Shown: positions 40,725 through 52,545 of the stretch, one piece after another
How the letters are laid out: the number at the start of each line of letters is the position of its first letter
Numbering within the stretch: position 1 is the first letter of the stretch
Source: Macrostomum lignano
Taxonomy: Eukaryota
Length of the DNA stretch: 64,000 nucleotides
Direction: 5' to 3'
NCBI GenBank assembly: GCA_002269645.1
Contig: NIVC01001999.1
Span: 92,982 to 156,981, forward strand
Notes under the pieces: model-generated
Told to the model about the DNA's origin: nothing
The model's input: only the letters and a program-made list of their open reading frames with translations
The model's database searches: none
Position numbers and translations under genes: made by a program

Positions 40725-43700
40725 ATGCCGCGACCGAGATCCGCCGCCGACGATGGAGACGAGGCCAACGACGCCCTGCTACAAGAGGAGTTCGAGCGGC
40801 TGCAGAATCAGTACAGAATCCTTGAGAACGACCGGCGAACGTACATTGCCGAGTCGCAGGACACGCTGAGGAAGCAGAAGTAAGTAAAGCGCGAACATAT
40901 TCCCTTCACAATTTAAACTGGAAAAGCCATTTACTTTGACAAAATGAACCGAAACCCACGCTAATCACCTTTGCTCTCTCAGAGAAGAAATCGATCACCT
41001 GGAAAAGGAGAACAAGGAGATCAAGACCGACCTGAGCCAGGCCCAGAGCGACAAAAACCAGAAGGCCGACAAGCAGACTCTGAACCGGCTCACCGAGCTG
41101 TCGCGCGAGCGAGACGAACTCGAAGAGCAGATTGAGAACGAGCGAGCCAAGATCGGCACGCTCGACTCGGAGATTCGCAAATCAGAGCGCGAGAATCGCC
41201 AGCTGAAGAAGGAAAACGCCGGCGCTGGCCGCGGCGGCGGCGCCAACAAGGCCGCAGGCGCTCAGGGCTCGGCGAATCAACAGAAGCGTCGACAGACTCT
41301 GGAGAACCGACTCGACAAGGAGAACAAACGGTTAGTTGAGCCTAATTTTCGATGGTTTGCAGCCAATTGATACCAAAATATTTCTTTCGCAATGATTATT
41401 GCAAAGCTCGTTTTTGGCAAACTGGCTGATCATATAAGAGAACGCAACACTTTCGCCACACCCCGCAGGTACAATGACACCCTGACTGAGAACGCGCACC
41501 TGCGCGAGGAGATCGACCGATTGCGCTCGGAGAAATCCATGTTTGACGACCTCTACCGCAAGCTGCTGGTCGAAGTCGAGGAAGCTCGACAACAGAAGGC
41601 CTTCTTGACGGAATCCGCTACTAAGGTGAGTCACGGGCTAAGAGTTTGCGGTTAGGTCTCTGGTTCAAGGAGTAAGCGGAAGAACATGATGCACTCCTGC
41701 TGTCACGAGCTGAAACCACCATGAACGAAGCCTTTTATCCTTCAGCTCTAAACTTCAACCCCACCCTTGCAGGCATACGAGCATCGCGACGACTGCATCA
41801 ACAAGATTGTTGCCCTGCGTGACCGCAACGAGAAAGACGAGGCCCAGTACCGCAACGAGAAGCGCGACCTGGAGCGATTTATCGATCACGACAACAAATT
41901 GCGCGACTTCATGACGCGCAAAGCCAACGCCCGCGACGAGTGGAAGCGCGAGGCGCAGGACCGCCGTCTCAAGCACGGCTCGCACGGCGAGAAGGCGCGG
42001 GAAGCGCAGCGCCGGGCCTTCCGCGACCAAGGGGAGGCGATGGAGCGAATTCGCGAGATCACGGGCGAAGACGACCTTGACGTGATCGTGCGCGACTTTG
42101 TGCAACGCGAGGACGACAATTTCGCTCTGTTCCAGTACGTGTCGGAGCAAAACAACCAGATTGAGACCCTCACCGAGGAGATCGACCGCCTCAAGCGCGA
42201 AATGGAGACGTAAGAAAGCTGATTCCCAGCTAAACTTGTTGATGCCTATCAGTTTCGGCGAAAGGCAGTTGGTCTAAAAATGCTAGAGAGTTTTTTATCA
42301 ATGTGGTGATAAGCTGTTATTGGTACATGGCTAGGTATAGTGCGATGGACTGTGTATTATGCTTAAAGCCATGAGCTGGTATGTAGCGCTACTCAGAGGG
42401 TTGTACGAGAGTAGGGAAAAGGTACTTAACTCCCTGACCTGCGTTACATCGCAGTTTCGTGAACGAAGACAACGACCTGGAAGTCGAACGCGAGCGAATT
42501 CTGGCCGAGCTTGAGCGAAAAATTGCCACCGCGAAAGCTGCCCGGACCGAGGCAGCCGACAAGCTGGACTCGGTGCGGCGGACACTGGAGGAGCTGCAGA
42601 CGGCCATCAAGTCTGTGTTTGACAAGTGCGGCTGCTCCGATAGCCACATCCGCGAGATGCTGGGCGCTGATGAGACCATCTCCAACCGGAACTGCATGCT
42701 GTATCTGGGCGCTGTTGAGCAACGAACTAATGAACTGTTGGCTGTGCAGTACTACCTGCAGACTAAGGTGAGCTGTGTGTGCTCATGGGGTGTCAGATGT
42801 GATACCTGCAGACTAAGGTGAGCTGTGTGTGCTCATGGGGTGTCAGATGTGATACCTGCAGACTAAGGTGAGCTGTGTGTGCTCATGGGGTGTCAGATGT
42901 GATACCTGCAGACTGAGGTGAGCTGAGTGTGCTCATGGGGTGTCAGATGTGATACCTGCAGACTAAGGTGAGCTGTGTGTGCTCATGGGGTGTCAGATGT
43001 GATACCTGCAGACTAAGGTGAGCTGTGTGTGCTCATGGGGTGTCAGATGTGATACCTGCAGACTGAGGTGAGCTGAGTGTGCTCATGGGGTGTCAGATGT
43101 GATACCTGCAGACTAAGGTGAGCTGTGTGTGCTCATGGGGTGTCAGATGTGATACCTGCAGACTAAGGTGAGCTGTGTGTGCTCATGGGGTGTCAGATGT
43201 GATACCTGCAGACTAAGGTGAGCTGTGTGTGCTCATGGGGTGTCAGATGTGATACCTGCAGACTGAGGTGAGCTGAGTGTGCTCATGGGGTGTCAGATGT
43301 GATACCTGCAGACTAAGGTGAGCTGTGTGTGCTCATGGGGTGTCAGATGTGATACCTGCAGACTAAGGTGAGCTGTGTGTGCTCATGGGGTGTCAGATGT
43401 GATACCTGCAGACTAAGGTGAGCTGTGTGTGCTCATGGGGTGTCAGATGTGATACCTGCAGACTAAGGTGAGCTGTGTGAGCTGACTGAATATAAGCATT
43501 TTAAAATTGTAACTGAAACGAATTTTCAATTAATTTCAAACCCAGAAGCGACAGGGACTTCACAACTCTCTCGATGAAGACGAGGTACTCAAGCAGGCTC
43601 ACTGAATTAGAAATTATGGTTATCCTTGTAGTTAAATTATTTTATCAGATTAAACTTCCAGCGACCACAATAGCAAACTCATATTAGCACTAAGTAAGAG

Positions 43701-44972
43701 ATACTAATTACTAGCTAACATCTGGAATCATTTTGCAATGAGTTTTTTGTTTTACTAATAAGATTTTTTGTTTGCTATTCGTTTCAAATACTAGCATTTA
43801 CACGTATGCAACGCGATATAACAAATTTTAGTTTAGGAAGTAATGAGCATACAGCATTTCAAATTCGTCAGTTCAGTTCATGTTATTTTTCGTTTAAACC
43901 AATTCGTTATTATTCAGATCCTTACAGTAAGTTTTTTTATATTAAGTAAATTTTAAGTTAATTTGGTAGCTTTTGTTTTACTAGTTAAAAAAGCAAAATC
44001 TAGAATTTAAACAACAAAAAACTGGACACTGTACAACCGCAGAAATTTGACAAGGAGGACGGCGCTCCGCAGCCCCAACACGGCCTCACGCTGGGACTGT
44101 CCGCCCGCGGCAGGGAGCCCACCGACATACAGGTGATGCCGCCCACTATTGGGTGAGTCGCTGGGCCGCTTGGTAATTTAGTGAGTGAGTGAGCGAGTGA
44201 GAAAGTGAGTAAGTAAGTAAGTGAGTGAGTGAGTGAGTGAGTGAGTGAGTGAGTGAGTGAGTGAGTGAGTGAGTGAGTGAGTGAGTGAGTGAGTGAGTGA
44301 GTGAGTGAGTGAGTGAGTAAGTGAGTGAGTGAGTGAGTGAGTGAGTGAGTGAGTGAGTGAGTGAGTGAGTGAGTGAGTGAGTGAGTGAGTGAGTGAGTGA
44401 GTGAGTGAGTGAGTGAGTGAGTGAGTGAGTGAGTGAGTGAGTGAGTGAGTGAGTGAGTGAGTGAGTGAGTGAGTGAGTGAGTGAGTGAGTGAGTGAGTGA
44501 GTGAGTGAGTGAGTAAGTGAGTGAGTGAGTGAGTGAGTGAGTGAGTGAGTGAGTGAGTGAGTGAGTGAGTGAGTGAGAGAGTGAGTGAGTGAGTGAGTGA
44601 GGGAGTGAGAGAGTGAGTGAGTGAGTGAGTGAGTGAGTGAGTGAGTGAGTGAGTGAGTGAGTGAGTGAGTGAGTGAGTGAGTGAGTGAGTGAGTGAGAGA
44701 GTGAGTGAGTGATTGAGTGAGTTGAACCCAGCGATCAAGCGATAATTCTGTACGATGACAATTTTCAAATTTCAAGCGACAACTTCGAAGACGACGAGGA
44801 CCCGAGCGCGGAGGTGCGGCCGCTGTCGCAGACGGAGCTGAAGCAGAAGGTGGAGAAGCACATTGTGCGCAAAGACCAGGGTGGCGGCGGCGGCGCCAGG
44901 AGCGGTGGCGGAGCGAGGCGAGACAAATCCAGTTCGGTTGCTAGGCAGAATTCGACCGTGAAGAAATCGTGA
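40725..44972 (+). CDS. ODAD1: Outer dynein arm docking complex subunit (CCDC114/ODAD1-CCDC63 family), ~8 exons
   Basis: Exons 40725-40879 (FERLQNQYRILENDRRTY), 40983-41330, 41469-41625, 41773-42209 (EDDNFALFQYVSEQN), 42455-42767 (YLGAVEQRTNELL), ~43546-43584, 44043-44152, 44777-44972 (RPLSQTELK); coiled-coil throughout. Confidence 0.88.
42752..43482 (+). repeat. 50-bp minisatellite that duplicates an exon end and its 5' splice site
   Basis: GATACCTGCAGACTAAG|GTGAGCTGTGTGTGCTCATGGGGTGTCAGATGT x ~14. Confidence 0.95.
44180..44722. repeat. (GAGT)n microsatellite
   Basis: Directly visible. Confidence 0.95.
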
Positions 44973-45806
44973 CCAATTCGTTAAAGATTTTTTTCATGCA
45001 AAGTCTGCGAAGCATGGTGTGTTAAGCTGATGCAACTCGACTTTGATTTGCTGTCTAGTCAGTCGGAACATTTCTAGTTTACGATGTAATTTTTGCGTGC
45101 AAAGACGGCTTTTATATTTAAAAAAACTTGTGACACTTATTTTGTTTTACTTTTTACACTATTATTTTCCTTTTATCTAGTCAGTAGCCGTTGTTCAATG
45201 TTGAAGTCCCTATTCTTATTTTCTTAATGTTGAAAGTGTGTTTTCAATATTCTCGTTGTTCTTCTCCCTTATTTTACCTCTCGCAGCAGTAACTCAAAAT
45301 ATACAAAGTTATGGTTGTTGCTATAGAAGTTGCTTGTGTTTGGTTTTTCTAACAATATAGACTGGCGTGGTAAATTAGGGAAGGATTTTTTCCGCAAAGG
45401 GCGCCAGCGCGAGGTGACAACTCAGGGGTGCCATATGGTTGTTATGATAGCCCCCATCAAGGGGCGCCAGCACACCAAGGGGCGCCAGCACACCAGGAGG
45501 GGCGCCAGAACACCAAGGGGCGCCAGCACACCAAGGGCCCCCTACACAGCATCGGACGTTGCCAATGCAAAGCCAAATTCCAATTGTTGGCAAACTGTTA
45601 AAAGAGAACAGAGCTGGCACCAACTGTTTTCCAGGCTATCGGGTGGGGTTGCACGGCCCCTCAGTTTCTGCCCTAGCTGGTTTTAGTTCTTTCTGTACTC
45701 ATGGACAATTGTCAGCTAGAGGTCTGCCATCGTCCCATCTAAAGAGTCCTATTTTGGGTTTTAAAATAATGAATTACCGTGGATTACCGCAGAAATTCGA
45801 CGTTGG

Positions 45807-46299
45807 CAGGGGCGTCGCCATGGATTTTATGGTGGGGGGACAAAGCCAAGAATTCAACATGTACATGTACATGTACACTGTAGCGGCTCGCCTAAGGCTG
45901 TGCGAGCGAGAAAAGAAAGTCCGCTTGCCAGGCCTCAACCCTCAAGTTCGGCCTGGCTTCTCTTTATTATTTTATTATTTATTATAATAAATAGTTGGCG
46001 GCAGTGGACCGCCACAACATGACTAAATTTTTGGCACTCATTAATTTTGGCGCCGCAGGCATTCCTTTTAGTGCTGCAAGCACTCATTTTAGCGCCGCAG
46101 GCACTCCTTTTGGCGCCGAGCTGGGCACTCATTTCAGCGCCGTAGGCTTTCATTTTGGCGCCGAAGGCGCTATTTTTGGCGCCCTGAAGAAAATTACCAC
46201 AACGACTCACAAGGTGGGGTGGGGGGACAAAGCATTGGCATGCCCCAGAGCTTTTACTGGGGGACACGTCCCCCTGTCCCCCCGGTGGCGACGCGCCTG
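45807..46299. mobile_element. hAT-type MITE (493 bp)
   Basis: TIRs CAGGGGCGTCGCCA and TGGCGACGCGCCTG (13/14 match); perfect 8-bp TSD GACGTTGG on both sides. Confidence 0.85.
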
Positions 46300-46712
46300 G
46301 ACGTTGGTGACGCAGACTCACTTGCTCGTGCCGAATTCAAGTCCGCCATAAACGACGTAGTTTTAAGTTAACCGTAACCAAATCTAAAAAACAGCGTCAG
46401 ATACAATTAATAAATACTCTTTAATTACAGGAACAATGAATAATGCCAATGGTGCAAATTACAGTAATAGCAAACAAACTAAGCCGGCTAAAATAAGAAA
46501 GTCTTTTACCTTATGGGTTTTTATTTTGATTTTCTAAGCACATGGTAAATATGCTTTTGTTATGACTTTATGTGACGATGTATACACGAGTAGAATGATC
46601 TTTTTTAAGTTGCTGCGAAATCAACGTTTTTCTATGAAACGAAGCATTTTTAGGATCTACCGTCGTGATATATTTCCAATCTTAAGTTCTATATTTAAGA
46701 GTAAAACACAAA

Positions 46713-49700
46713 ATGGCATCTTCCGGACATCAAGATTTTTCAGGTAAAAATATATTTTCTTCCTAATCTGCTAGTCTAATGCTATATGTTAGAGTATCAC
46801 CTACGTGTACGAGTACTATACTTGATACATAAAATATGTTTAAATAAATGCACTCCTTTTTGCTGGGTATGCTTTCTAGATGCTTTCTGGTGATGACTGT
46901 GCATATAATTCTGGAGCTTATAGAAATGTTGGCCATGTCTAAATAAACATAATCTAGTATACTATAAGACATGAATATGTAAGACAGGGATTTTTTACTA
47001 AGAGAAGAGATAATACTAAAAAAATTCAAGGATAACTAACTGACACTGGCACTAGCAGACAATAGGCCTAGTCAATAAATGTATTGAATTTTTTTATTAA
47101 TTTCAAGTACCTAGTTCTAGAAAGAATGAGAAAATTATATTTTTTCATATTAGAATTTTTAGAGAAATATAAATTTAGGTCTCTAATATATTTGGCCATA
47201 TATTATTATAAATCTTGTCACTTATTTCAAGCTAAAAAACTTGATTTTAAAATATCTTCAGTATAAACTATCATTTTCAAACTTTGAGTGATTCTTTTTG
47301 AGTTGATATAAATAAAAATATTAAGAAATGTATAAGTCCTATTTATAATTATAATGAATATAATAATAATAATATAATAAATAGGGCCATGGTTAAGAAG
47401 ATGGCTTTTTTCACAGAAAATTATAGCACAATAGCTGGCAGGGGGGAATCTGGTGCAATTTGGTGCAAGACAAAAATTAACAGAATTTGGTGCAAGGCAA
47501 AAACTTTTAATAAGGTAATGTTTTTGTAGATAGAAAATTGGCACTTTTTTGTTCACTAATATATTGATGGGTTTTTTCAATTATATACATTAGTATTGTA
47601 TTTCAATGAAAAGGATTCAAATGCATGTTTTACTATTATTTTTTAAATAGAAAATACTATTAAAAATAAAATTCTATTTTAATACAATTTGAACATATTT
47701 TGTTTAAAGTAAAGAAATATTATAGTGGCTTTGTTAAAATTTGAATATAAATCTGAATATCAATTGGGAAATGAATACATAATTTTATGTTCTTGTATTT
47801 TCTTGTAAAAACATTCTAGCACAGCACAAGCAAACTTATTTAATAAAAATAATTTTGGCACATAGCACAAGCAAACGTTACTTAGCAATAATAATACTTT
47901 CTAATGTTACAAATGTCATTAACTAGAACTACCCAGTGGAGTATTTGTATGCATGGTTTTAGCAAACTACAATATTTTAAAGGAATAACTAAAAATTAAA
48001 ATATTCTTCTTCTTGATATTCATTGCATTTGAATTTTCCAAAAGACTTTAAAAGCAAATTGCAAAGGCTGTAAATATTTAATCAAAAATAGATTTATCCA
48101 CTGTATACTTTACTTGGCTATTGGTATTTTAACATCTTTTTATATTTTTCAGGAGCACAAGGAGACTATGGTGAAAGCTCGAATGCTGAGCACACTGAGG
48201 CATCCAACAGTGATGAAGCCAAGCTGCAGGCCATGTCTGAGGAGGAGCGAGAGATTCAGAGGCGTGACTGGATGTTGGAATTGGAGAAGGTAAAATACGC
48301 AGTGTTGGTTTGACTGCTTTGGCAGTCTTAATTTTTATAAATTGTCAGAGATTATTTACCTCATTTATTTATACTGAGACAGTATTTAACATTTTCATTA
48401 TTTTCCTTATAGTTCTACTGTAAGTACGGTTTAAATGCAATAAATAAATAAATAGATAAATGCAATAAATTAAATTGCATTTTTAATTTATCGATCAGTA
48501 TTTCACTTGTAATATACGTATAGAAGTAGCAATATACTGGAACGGGTTATTGCCAGTCAAGTTCTACAAACCCAACTAAAAACTGGTCTTCACCACTCAG
48601 CAGTCTGACCCTAAACTCTTCACCACTCAGCAGTCTGACCCTAAACTCTTCACCACTCAGCAGTCTGACCCTAAACTCTTCACCACTCAGCAGTCTGACC
48701 CTAAACTCTTCACCACTCAGCAGTCTGACCCTAAACTCTTCACCACTCAGCAGTCTGACCCTAAACTCTTCACCACTCAGCAGTCTGACCCTAAACTCTT
48801 CACCACTCAGCAGTCTGACCCTAAACTCTTCACCACTCAGCAGTCTGACCCTAAACTCTTCACCACTCAGCAGTCTGACCCTAAACTCCTAAACTGCCGA
48901 CCGCCCGCAGACCGAGGAGGAGATCCAGACCCTGCGCCAGGTGCTCAACTCGAAGCTCCGCCGGGCCAACGATTTGAAGCGCCGCCTCGGCGTCACCGTT
49001 CTTGGCGAGCTCAGGACCGATTTTCGCACCTCTTGGATGCAGCTCAAGGAGTCTGGGACGTGAGTCGCACAGTTAATGCATGACTGGATGTGGCTGAGAG
49101 CTTTCAATTTCCACTCGAGCTGCACTGTTGGTTAGAGGCACTTTAAGCGACATTGTCCCACAACAGGCGCGAGGCATTACTGCCCATTCCGCCGACTCCC
49201 CTGAGCAGGCACGAGCAGAGCCAAGCCGAGATTCCAATTTAGCCCCAAATTAATGCGACTGTACTTGGAATCGAGCCTGGGCCGCTGGCACATCAGAGCA
49301 CCTCGCCAGACCACTGGGCTGCGCCCCCTCCCTCTGGAGTTGCACAGACTGCCAATTGGAAATTTTCCACTCTGGAGGTGTCTCAACATTTTACCCGAGC
49401 ACAGTTATGCTTGTTTCGCCTCCCCGCAGCTACCAGCGCACGGCCAGCGCAGCCAAAGGCGCCAAGGACCGGACATCCGGCCTGGCGCACAGCGTGGCCG
49501 CCAAACTGTCGCAGAGGTGGACAGCGGCCAGAAGTTCCAATGCCGCGAAATCCTTCGGCAACGCCTACTCGAGCGTGAAGGTCAGATAGAAGAACAGAAC
49601 TTTCTAGAAAAACTCTATTCTGGCTACTGTTAAGAGATGGTAGTAGTATGAGTAGAAGTATAAAATATTTACATGTACGTCGTGGTTGTGTGATCCGTTT

Positions 49701-50197
49701 GGAATTGAAATCGAAGTGTGGAAAACTCAATTTCTTAGAAAAGGGTTGGCTTCTTACAAAACAATCTGGCATGCTTGTCCATGAAAGGTCAGGACCGCTG
49801 TACACCCAGTGTGAGCTGTGTGCTCAGGGGGCCGCTGTACACCCAGTGTGAGCTGTGTGCTCAGGCGACCGCTGTACACCCTATGTGAGCTGTGTGCTCA
49901 GGCGACCGCTGTACACCCAGTGTGAGCTGTATACTCAGGGATCAGCGGAACGGGCCTGGCTGCTGACCACCTTGCTGGCTGTCATTGCCATTTTTTAAAT
50001 TGAATTTTCAGGAAAGAATCGCTGGCGGTAGCGGCGGCGCTTCGGCGGCATCGCCGGACACCAGCGAGTCGGAGCGGCAGCAGCAGCTGCAGCGGGAGCG
50101 ATCGGAGCGGCTGCGACAGCTGGCTGAGGCTGGCGGAGTTGATGCTGACGTCGAGCCCGAAGATGGCGCAGCTGAAGAAACGGCGGCTCCTAGCTAG
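46713..50197 (+). CDS. TPD52: Tumor protein D52 family protein, 5 exons
   Basis: Exons 46713-46743, 48153-48289, 48911-49059 (TEEEIQTLRQVL...LKRRLGVT), 49430-49580, 50012-50197; the phases join in frame. Confidence 0.88.
48585..48890. repeat. 30-bp minisatellite (CTAAACTCTTCACCACTCAGCAGTCTGACC)
   Basis: About 10 near-perfect copies ending next to a TPD52 acceptor. Confidence 0.95.
49793..49938. repeat. ~36-37-bp short tandem repeat (CCGCTGTACACCCAGTGTGAGCTGTGTGCTCAGG..)
   Basis: About 4 copies. Confidence 0.8.
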
Positions 50198-51224
50198 CCA
50201 GCCCGGACTTGAAGTACATTTTATCAGGTGACTTGAAATCCCAGCTTCTACCAAAAACAGCCGCATCTCTCAGATTTATCCCATCATAAAAGGGATTATA
50301 TCTAGTTTTCATGATCTCCCATTGAGTCCATCGCCTTACATGTATAAAAAAGTACAAAATTAAGCGCTAGCTCTCTCTCTCTCTAGTCTACATGTATGTA
50401 AATCATCCAAGGCGGGGGCTGTCACGTGACGAGAAGGATCCCTAGCTCTGCTGGTCGGGGTTCAAATTCATCTGTTCTTGACGACTTGAAATTGTTGTAT
50501 TATGTATTTATCATTAGTATTTTCGTTCCTGAATACCTTCAATTGACTACTACTTACTATTAAATTTGAGTAGTATATTCCAGTTTTACTCATGTGAATT
50601 GTATTTATTTGCAAAGCATATATTATTGAAGGAGTTCTCTGTATACAGCTATACAATGCTTTGGTGTCGGATTTCCCAGTTAGTGTTTTGTTTTACTAAT
50701 TTGTCTTCCCAGCTGTTTTTAACTGCTTCTGTATTTGAACTGACTGTGCACAGTTGTTATTAACAAAAATTAAACTTTACATTTTTGCCGTATGTACGAG
50801 TTCTTTACGATTTGTTTGGTCTTCCATTTTCTGCCAAAAATTGACTGGATTTCCGTACTACTCATATATGCTACTCACAGTCAGTAGTGTGCCCCCAAAT
50901 TTTACGGTTTATTTAAGCTGGTCCGTCACAAAATGTTCATCTCGTTCTGGCTGGCTCTGCTTTGTTGAAGCCTTTTAATCTGCTTTGATTTGCTTATTTC
51001 AATTTCTCGTTTTGATCGTTAAGTAGAAAGTGCGCAGTGCTTTAAGCTGCAGGGAAGTTAAGCTTTGCCTATGCTGGTGGCAAGCAACGTGATGTGGGTT
51101 TAAAAATAATCAATTTAATGAATCATTCTTAAGCTTTTCTTGTTTTATTAGCTCATTAATATTGCAGTCTGGTTCGAGTACGTGTACAGCTGAACACGGG
51201 GGACGTAGGACTGGGAGAGCGGAT

Positions 51225-52125
51225 CAGGGCGGATTCTCAAGGACTGAAGGGGCGGATTCTCAAGGACTGAAGGGGCGGATTCTCAAGGACTGAAGGGACG
51301 GATTCTCAAGGACTGAAGGGGCGGATTCTCAAGGACTGAAGGGGCGGATTCTCAAGGACTGAAGGGGCGGATTCTCAAGGACTGAAGGGGCGGATTCTCA
51401 AGGACTGAAGGGGCGGATTCTCAAGGACTGAAGGGGCGGATTCTCAAGGACTGAAGGGGCGGATTCTCAAGGACTGAAGGGGCGGATTCTCAAGGACTGA
51501 AGGGGCGGATTCTCAAGGACTGAAAGGGCGGATTCTCAAGGAATGAAGGGGCGGATTCTCAAGGACTGAAAGAACGGATTCTCAAGGACTGAAGGGGCGG
51601 ATTCTCAAGGACTGAAGGGGCGGATTCTCAAGGACTGAAGGGGCGGATTCTCAAGGACTGAAGGGGCGGATTCTCAAGGACTGAAAGGGCGGATTCTCAA
51701 GGAATGAAGGGGCGGATTCTCAAGGACTGAAAGAACGGATTCTCAAGGACTGAAGGGGCGGATTCTCAAGGACTGAGGGAGCGGATCAGGGGCGGATTCT
51801 CAAGGACTGAAGGGGCGGATCAGTGGACAGATTCTCAAGGACTGAAGGGGAGGATCAGGGGCGCATTCTCAAGGACTGGGAGCGGATCAGGGGCGGATTC
51901 TCAAGGACTGAAGGGGCGGATTCTCAAGGACTGAAGGGGCGGATTCTCAAGGATTGGGAGCGGATCAGGAGCGGATTCTCAAGGACTGGGAGCGGATCAG
52001 GGGCGGATTCTCAAGGACTGAAGGGGCGGATTCTCAAGGACTGAAGGGGCGGATTCTCAAGGATTGGGAGCGGATCAGGAGCGGATTCTCAAGGACTGTG
52101 AGCGGATCAGGGGCGGATTCTCAAA
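51225..52125. repeat. 23-bp satellite (GGACTGAAGGGGCGGATTCTCAA)
   Basis: About 38 intergenic copies. Confidence 0.95.
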
Positions 52126-52545
52126 GATTGAGGGAGCTGCGAGGTAGATTGAATTAGGAAATAATAGTTAAATTTATTGCAAATAGTGAGATACGGGGAT
52201 TCGAGGCAACTGGGATCAGGAATGCAAATGGGATGTCTTCATGAGTAGCCCTTTGAACAGAGTTTTGCACTTCTCTCACTCTTGTGCACGAGGCGGCCAC
52301 TATTAGGCAAGCTCGCGCTTAAAACCAACACACCTTTCTAGCTTTTTGAGCCCACTAAAAGGTAGTCTATGGCCCAGCTATCGGTCGCCCAGGGCTGTAT
52401 TTTTCGACCCCCACTTAGCCGTGCGGGATGAAGGCTGGGCGGGCTTTAATGCTTTTAACCAAATGCTTATTTTGCTTTCTGAGCCGAGCTCGATAATAGC
52501 AGTCGAAAATCCGTTCTGTAAAACTATAAAAGTTCAAAGCAGTGA

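Noticed and set aside
42752-43482. CRISPR-like regular repeats (also 9624-9857, 48585-48890, 58190-58787)
   Set aside because: Head-to-tail units without unique spacers, no cas genes, eukaryotic introns.
45395-45545. Short AGGGGCGCCAGCACACC repeats as a possible MITE
   Set aside because: No convincing TIR pair or TSD could be identified.
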